Assembly: GCA_030141605.1 (NCBI GenBank) | Contig: JAQGDQ010000216.1 | Coordinates: 228,259 to 292,258 of the forward strand | Direction: 5' to 3' | Length of the DNA: 64,000 nt | Source: Tubiluchus corallicola | Lineage: Eukaryota; Animalia; Priapulida | Shown here: in pieces, positions 60,110-64,000 of the stretch | How the letters are laid out: the number at the start of each line of letters is the position of its first letter | Position numbering within the stretch: position 1 is the stretch's first letter | Notes under the pieces: generated by a model | Seen by the model: the letters and a program-made list of their open reading frames with translations, nothing else | What the model was told of the DNA's origin: nothing | Databases searched by the model: none | Made by a program: the position numbers and the translations under genes

Positions 60110-63067
60110 ATGCGTTGGCCAGTTATTATATTAGCATGTTTCTTTGTGGCTCTATTGATATCTTCGATATGCTCATTTGGGCAGGAGGCTTCAATTGGAG
60201 AAAGAGTACCGTTGTCTGCCTACGGAGGAGAGGAGTTTTTAAAAGATACTACTGCGAAAAAAGTGTCACAACTTCATGTAGAAGAGGAGCTTCTGAGAGA
60301 TAGTATTAGGGAAAAATCACCCCGATCAATCTATTATGACGGAGAGGTTTTTCCTGGAGATACTATAAGGGATGGAGAGCCTCGTTCGGATTATAACGGA
60401 GAGGTTTTTCCTGGAGATACTATAAGGGATAGAGAGCCTCGTTCGGATTATGACGGAGAGGTTTTTTTGGAAGATACCATTGGGGGAAGGTCACTCCGAT
60501 CTATTTATTATGACGGAGAAAATTCTTTGAGAGATACTATTTTACACGCTAATACTCCAGCAATTATAGACACTACCACAAACAGGTTGCTTTCTGATAC
60601 TATACCGCAAAGCAGTGCTACGGTATTTGATGAAGAGATTGACTATACTGCAACTGATTCAATAAAGCTTTCTATGGAAAGCAGAAAGGTATATTTGTTT
60701 GGTAATGCAGAAATTGAGTATAAAGATATAAAGCTTACGGCAGATTACATCGAGCTAGACCTTGATAGTAGCCAGGTTTATGCTGTTGGTGTTGAGGATA
60801 CTACCGGAACAGTTACAGGTAAGCCTGTTTTCACCCAGAAAGGAGAAGAGTTTAATGCTGATGCTCTGAGATATGACTTTAAGACCAAAAAGGGTTTAGT
60901 TTTTGGAGTTATAACTGAGCAAGAGGGGGGATATGTGCATAGTGGCCGTACAAAGCTTGTTAATGATTCAACTTATTGTTTGAAGGATGGGAAGTATACA
61001 ACATGTGATGCTGATCATCCCCATTTTTACCTTCAAATGACAAAGGCAAAAGTTATTTCGAACAATAAAATTGTGACAGGGCCTTCATATCTTGTTGTTG
61101 AAGATTTGCCTATTTATATTGCAATAATTCCTTTTGGGTTTTTCCCTAACTCTCCGACGTATTCATCTGGTTTTATTTTGCCGACGTATGGTGAAGAGGC
61201 CAACAGGGGTTTTTTCCTTAGAGACTTTGGGTATTATTGGGCTGCAAGTGATTATTTTGATCTTGTTGTGAGGGGAGATGTCTACTCCAAAGGCTCGAGA
61301 GGGGTTAAGATGCACAGTAATTATAAGCGTAGATATAAGTTTAGTGGTAATTTTGATTTAAAGTATTACAGAAATGTGATCGGGGAGGAGGGGTTGCCAG
61401 ATTATTCTCGTCAGAGTGATTTTGCCGTAGCGTGGAGCCACAGTATGGATACTAAAGCCATTCCCAGCCAAACATTTAGTGCCAGTGTGAACTACTCTAC
61501 AAGTCAGTTTGATCAAAATAATGCAAATTCATCTGAAAACTACCTCACTAACACAAAACAGTCGAGTATATCATATTCAAAACGCTGGGAAGGTACCCCA
61601 TTTAGTATTTCTGGTAGTTTAAGGCATTCACAAAATAGCCGTGATACAACCATTAGCCTTACTATGCCACAAATGACATTTACTATGTCAAGACTCTACC
61701 CTTTTAAGTCAAATAAGCGAGGTGGTAAGGAGAAATGGTATGAGAAGATTGGAGTAAACTATACACTTGATTTACAGAATAATATTAATACTAAAGAGTA
61801 TGAGCTGCTTAGCTCTTCCTTGAGTGACTGGGAAAATGGGATAAAGCATACTCTGCCTATTAGTACATCATTTAATGCGTTTAAGTATTTAACTGTGAGT
61901 CCTTCTGTTAACTATACGGAGAGGTGGTATAATAGTGAGATACGAAAGGAGTATGACTACGAAAGGAATCAAATGGTTGTTTCTGACACTATTTATGGTT
62001 TTACCAGAAGTAGTGACTACTCTTTTAGTTTAGGAGCATCGACAAAGCTGTATGGGTTTTATGCTCCATTAAAGGAAAACTCCAAGTTGGTGGCAGTGCG
62101 TCATATGATGACCCCCAGAGTGAGTTTTAGTATTAGGCCTGATTTTAGCGATCCGCGTTTTGGCCTGTATGAGACTGTTGAAGTGTATGATGATTCAGGT
62201 ACGCCTAAGTATTATACTTATCCATATCATGAAGGTGCAGTTTACGGCACTGCTAGTCCTGGGAGGTCAGGTTCAATTGGTTTTGGTTTGGATAACGTGT
62301 TGGAGATGAAAACTCTTAATACCAGGGATACTACCTCAAATGATAAGCATAAAAAGATAAGCCTGTTAGACCAACTTTCATTTAGCGGGTCATATAATCT
62401 TTTTGCAGATTCGCTGAACCTGTCTGTTATTAACATGAAAGGCAGAACGAAGGTGTCAAATGTAAATGTAAATTTTGGAGCGGTATTTGACCCGTATGCA
62501 TATTTAGATGGTCGTAAAGTTAATGTTTTTGAGTATTCCAATTCGGGAAAATTGGCCAGAATGACAAGTGCTGATCTCTCTTTTGGAATGTCTTTTAATT
62601 CCAAGCAGGGTGGGGGGAAAAAAAAGGAGAGCAGCTTTGGTGAATCCGAGGATAAAACTGAAGGAGAGGAGGCCTTTGAAGAGAGCTCAAGGAGTGTGTT
62701 ACCTGGAAAGTATTCTGATTATGCTGATTTTAATGTTAACTGGGATTTTCGTTTTGATTGCAGTTTTAGATATAGCAGAACTAATCCCGATGAGGCGGCT
62801 ACTATTACGCAGACAATTGATTTTGGAGGTAATCTAAATGTCACGAAAAAGTGGAAGTTTGGGTTTTCTTCAGGATATGATATTCAGAACAAGCAGATAA
62901 CATTTACACAGATGAATTTGTTTAGGGATATGCATTGCTGGCAGATGTCTCTTAGCTTGGTGCCGTTTGGTTATCGCCAAAGTTACAGTTTCACAATAAG
63001 GGCCAGTTCTTCTATGCTGAAAGATCTGAAACTTTCTAAGAGACAGAGCTTTTATGATAATAATTAA
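60110..63067 (+). CDS. lptD: LPS-assembly protein LptD (Bacteroidota type) with an N-terminal repeat insertion
   Basis: A.DSI...V.L.GNA...Y, YTTCD..HPHFY, PFGFFP, RD.HCW.M...PFG. Confidence 0.88.
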   Translation: MRWPVIILACFFVALLISSICSFGQEASIGERVPLSAYGGEEFLKDTTAKKVSQLHVEEELLRDSIREKSPRSIYYDGEVFPGDTIRDGEPRSDYNGEVFPGDTIRDREPRSDYDGEVFLEDTIGGRSLRSIYYDGENSLRDTILHANTPAIIDTTTNRLLSDTIPQSSATVFDEEIDYTATDSIKLSMESRKVYLFGNAEIEYKDIKLTADYIELDLDSSQVYAVGVEDTTGTVTGKPVFTQKGEEFNADALRYDFKTKKGLVFGVITEQEGGYVHSGRTKLVNDSTYCLKDGKYTTCDADHPHFYLQMTKAKVISNNKIVTGPSYLVVEDLPIYIAIIPFGFFPNSPTYSSGFILPTYGEEANRGFFLRDFGYYWAASDYFDLVVRGDVYSKGSRGVKMHSNYKRRYKFSGNFDLKYYRNVIGEEGLPDYSRQSDFAVAWSHSMDTKAIPSQTFSASVNYSTSQFDQNNANSSENYLTNTKQSSISYSKRWEGTPFSISGSLRHSQNSRDTTISLTMPQMTFTMSRLYPFKSNKRGGKEKWYEKIGVNYTLDLQNNINTKEYELLSSSLSDWENGIKHTLPISTSFNAFKYLTVSPSVNYTERWYNSEIRKEYDYERNQMVVSDTIYGFTRSSDYSFSLGASTKLYGFYAPLKENSKLVAVRHMMTPRVSFSIRPDFSDPRFGLYETVEVYDDSGTPKYYTYPYHEGAVYGTASPGRSGSIGFGLDNVLEMKTLNTRDTTSNDKHKKISLLDQLSFSGSYNLFADSLNLSVINMKGRTKVSNVNVNFGAVFDPYAYLDGRKVNVFEYSNSGKLARMTSADLSFGMSFNSKQGGGKKKESSFGESEDKTEGEEAFEESSRSVLPGKYSDYADFNVNWDFRFDCSFRYSRTNPDEAATITQTIDFGGNLNVTKKWKFGFSSGYDIQNKQITFTQMNLFRDMHCWQMSLSLVPFGYRQSYSFTIRASSSMLKDLKLSKRQSFYDNN
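60280..60545 (+). repeat. 60-63 bp coding tandem repeats in the LptD N-terminus
   Basis: GEVFPGDTIRD.EPRSDY-type units, about 4.5 copies. Confidence 0.85.
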
Positions 63068-63203
63068 AAAGTTGAATGCCATATTGGTCTTTGTCAGAGT
63101 TACTTATGCTAATAGAGTGTGATTTGTTTTTGAATTTTTTAGCATGAGATCTTTTCGGAGGTTTTATGTTTTATGATTTGTTATTGCAAGGGGTCTACTG
63201 CTT

Positions 63204-64000
63204 TTAGTAAGGAAATATTTTGTTTGTGGCCTTTTTGTGCTTAAAAATGGGGTGTCCAAAGATAGCCAGTAGTATGATTGATGTGCCTAAATAAAAGCCT
63301 GGTGTCATCTGCTCTGATTCACGAAATAGTAGCCAGGCTAAAGTTATACCGTACACTGGTTCTAGGTTTATAGTTAATGATACTATATATGCAGATAGTT
63401 TCTGCATTACTTTAACCTGTACAGCAAAAGCGTATGCAGTACATATAACGCCAAGTATAAGGAGGTATGCCAGGTCATTTGTGGGGGGCAACTGCAGGGG
63501 AAAGTCACCGGACAAGAGGAGGAATATTGTTATTCCTAGCAGGCCGCCTAACATTTCATAGAAGCTGATAATGGATGGCTGGTGCGTTTTTACAAGTTTT
63601 TTGTTTAGTACATTAAATATCACTGCTAGGAGAGAGGAGGTTAGCGCTGTGATAATGCCCGCTGTGTGGTTTGTTTCGAAGCGGAATATTATGTATAGCC
63701 CAATGATAATTACTATTCCAATTATAATTTCTAGTGCATCTACTTTTCGTTTGAAGACAATAGGTTCAATTATACTTGTAAAGAGTGCCATTGATGATAT
63801 ACAGCCTAATGTAACTGATATATTGGATATTTTGATTGCACCAAAAAAGGTTATCCAGTGAGCGCCTACAATCAAGCCTATCCCCAATACTTTATATGTT
63901 TCCTTTTTTGTGAGTGAAAAGTTTATTTTACTGATTTTAAAGAAGAGCAAAAATGCTATTGCTGAAATCAACATCCTGTACCATACCAGGTGAGTTGCAG
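63204..64000 (-). CDS. DMT/EamA-family transporter, 5' end outside the window
   Basis: HWITFF.AIK.SN, NLEPVYGI; multiple TM helices. Confidence 0.88.
   Translation of the reverse strand, partial: ATHLVWYRMLISAIAFLLFFKISKINFSLTKKETYKVLGIGLIVGAHWITFFGAIKISNISVTLGCISSMALFTSIIEPIVFKRKVDALEIIIGIVIIIGLYIIFRFETNHTAGIITALTSSLLAVIFNVLNKKLVKTHQPSIISFYEMLGGLLGITIFLLLSGDFPLQLPPTNDLAYLLILGVICTAYAFAVQVKVMQKLSAYIVSLTINLEPVYGITLAWLLFRESEQMTPGFYLGTSIILLAIFGHPIFKHKKATNKIFPY

Noticed and set aside
63085-63197. Another MITE copy after lptD
   Set aside because: Only a short TTGCAAGGGGTCT end resemblance; the interior does not align convincingly

Overview
Bacteroidota chromosome (TAnnTTTG promoters, lipoproteins with an acidic export signal, host genes acn, miaA, pyrBI, dnaA, mlaD, ami, lptD). 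It carries an apparently complete ~41.9 kb Mu-like transposable myovirus prophage at 4370-46237, whose ends are visible as imperfect inverted repeats. The prophage truncates a PfkB kinase on the left and abuts half of a degenerate host repeat on the right, with no target duplication. Main observations: (1) the MuF head-protein frame, which ends in a PD-(D/E)xK-like putative toxin domain, has no canonical start for its first ~140 codons and looks to be made as a portal-MuF fusion by a -1 frameshift (T_TTT_TTC plus hairpin); where an immunity gene is expected there is a small convergent structured-RNA candidate with its own promoter; (2) a second -1 frameshift signal in the tail chaperone; (3) an ~11 kb cargo block of three mosaic Ig-repeat/GLUG surface lipoproteins punctuated by four copies of a 90-bp IS256-type MITE, with an orphan 3' fragment near dnaA; (4) a YadA-repeat tail fibre whose variable codons are biased to NNC/NNT; (5) a full-length dnaB inside the prophage end; (6) one palindrome exactly centred between two divergent late promoters. 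All calls come from reading the sequence; no searches were run.
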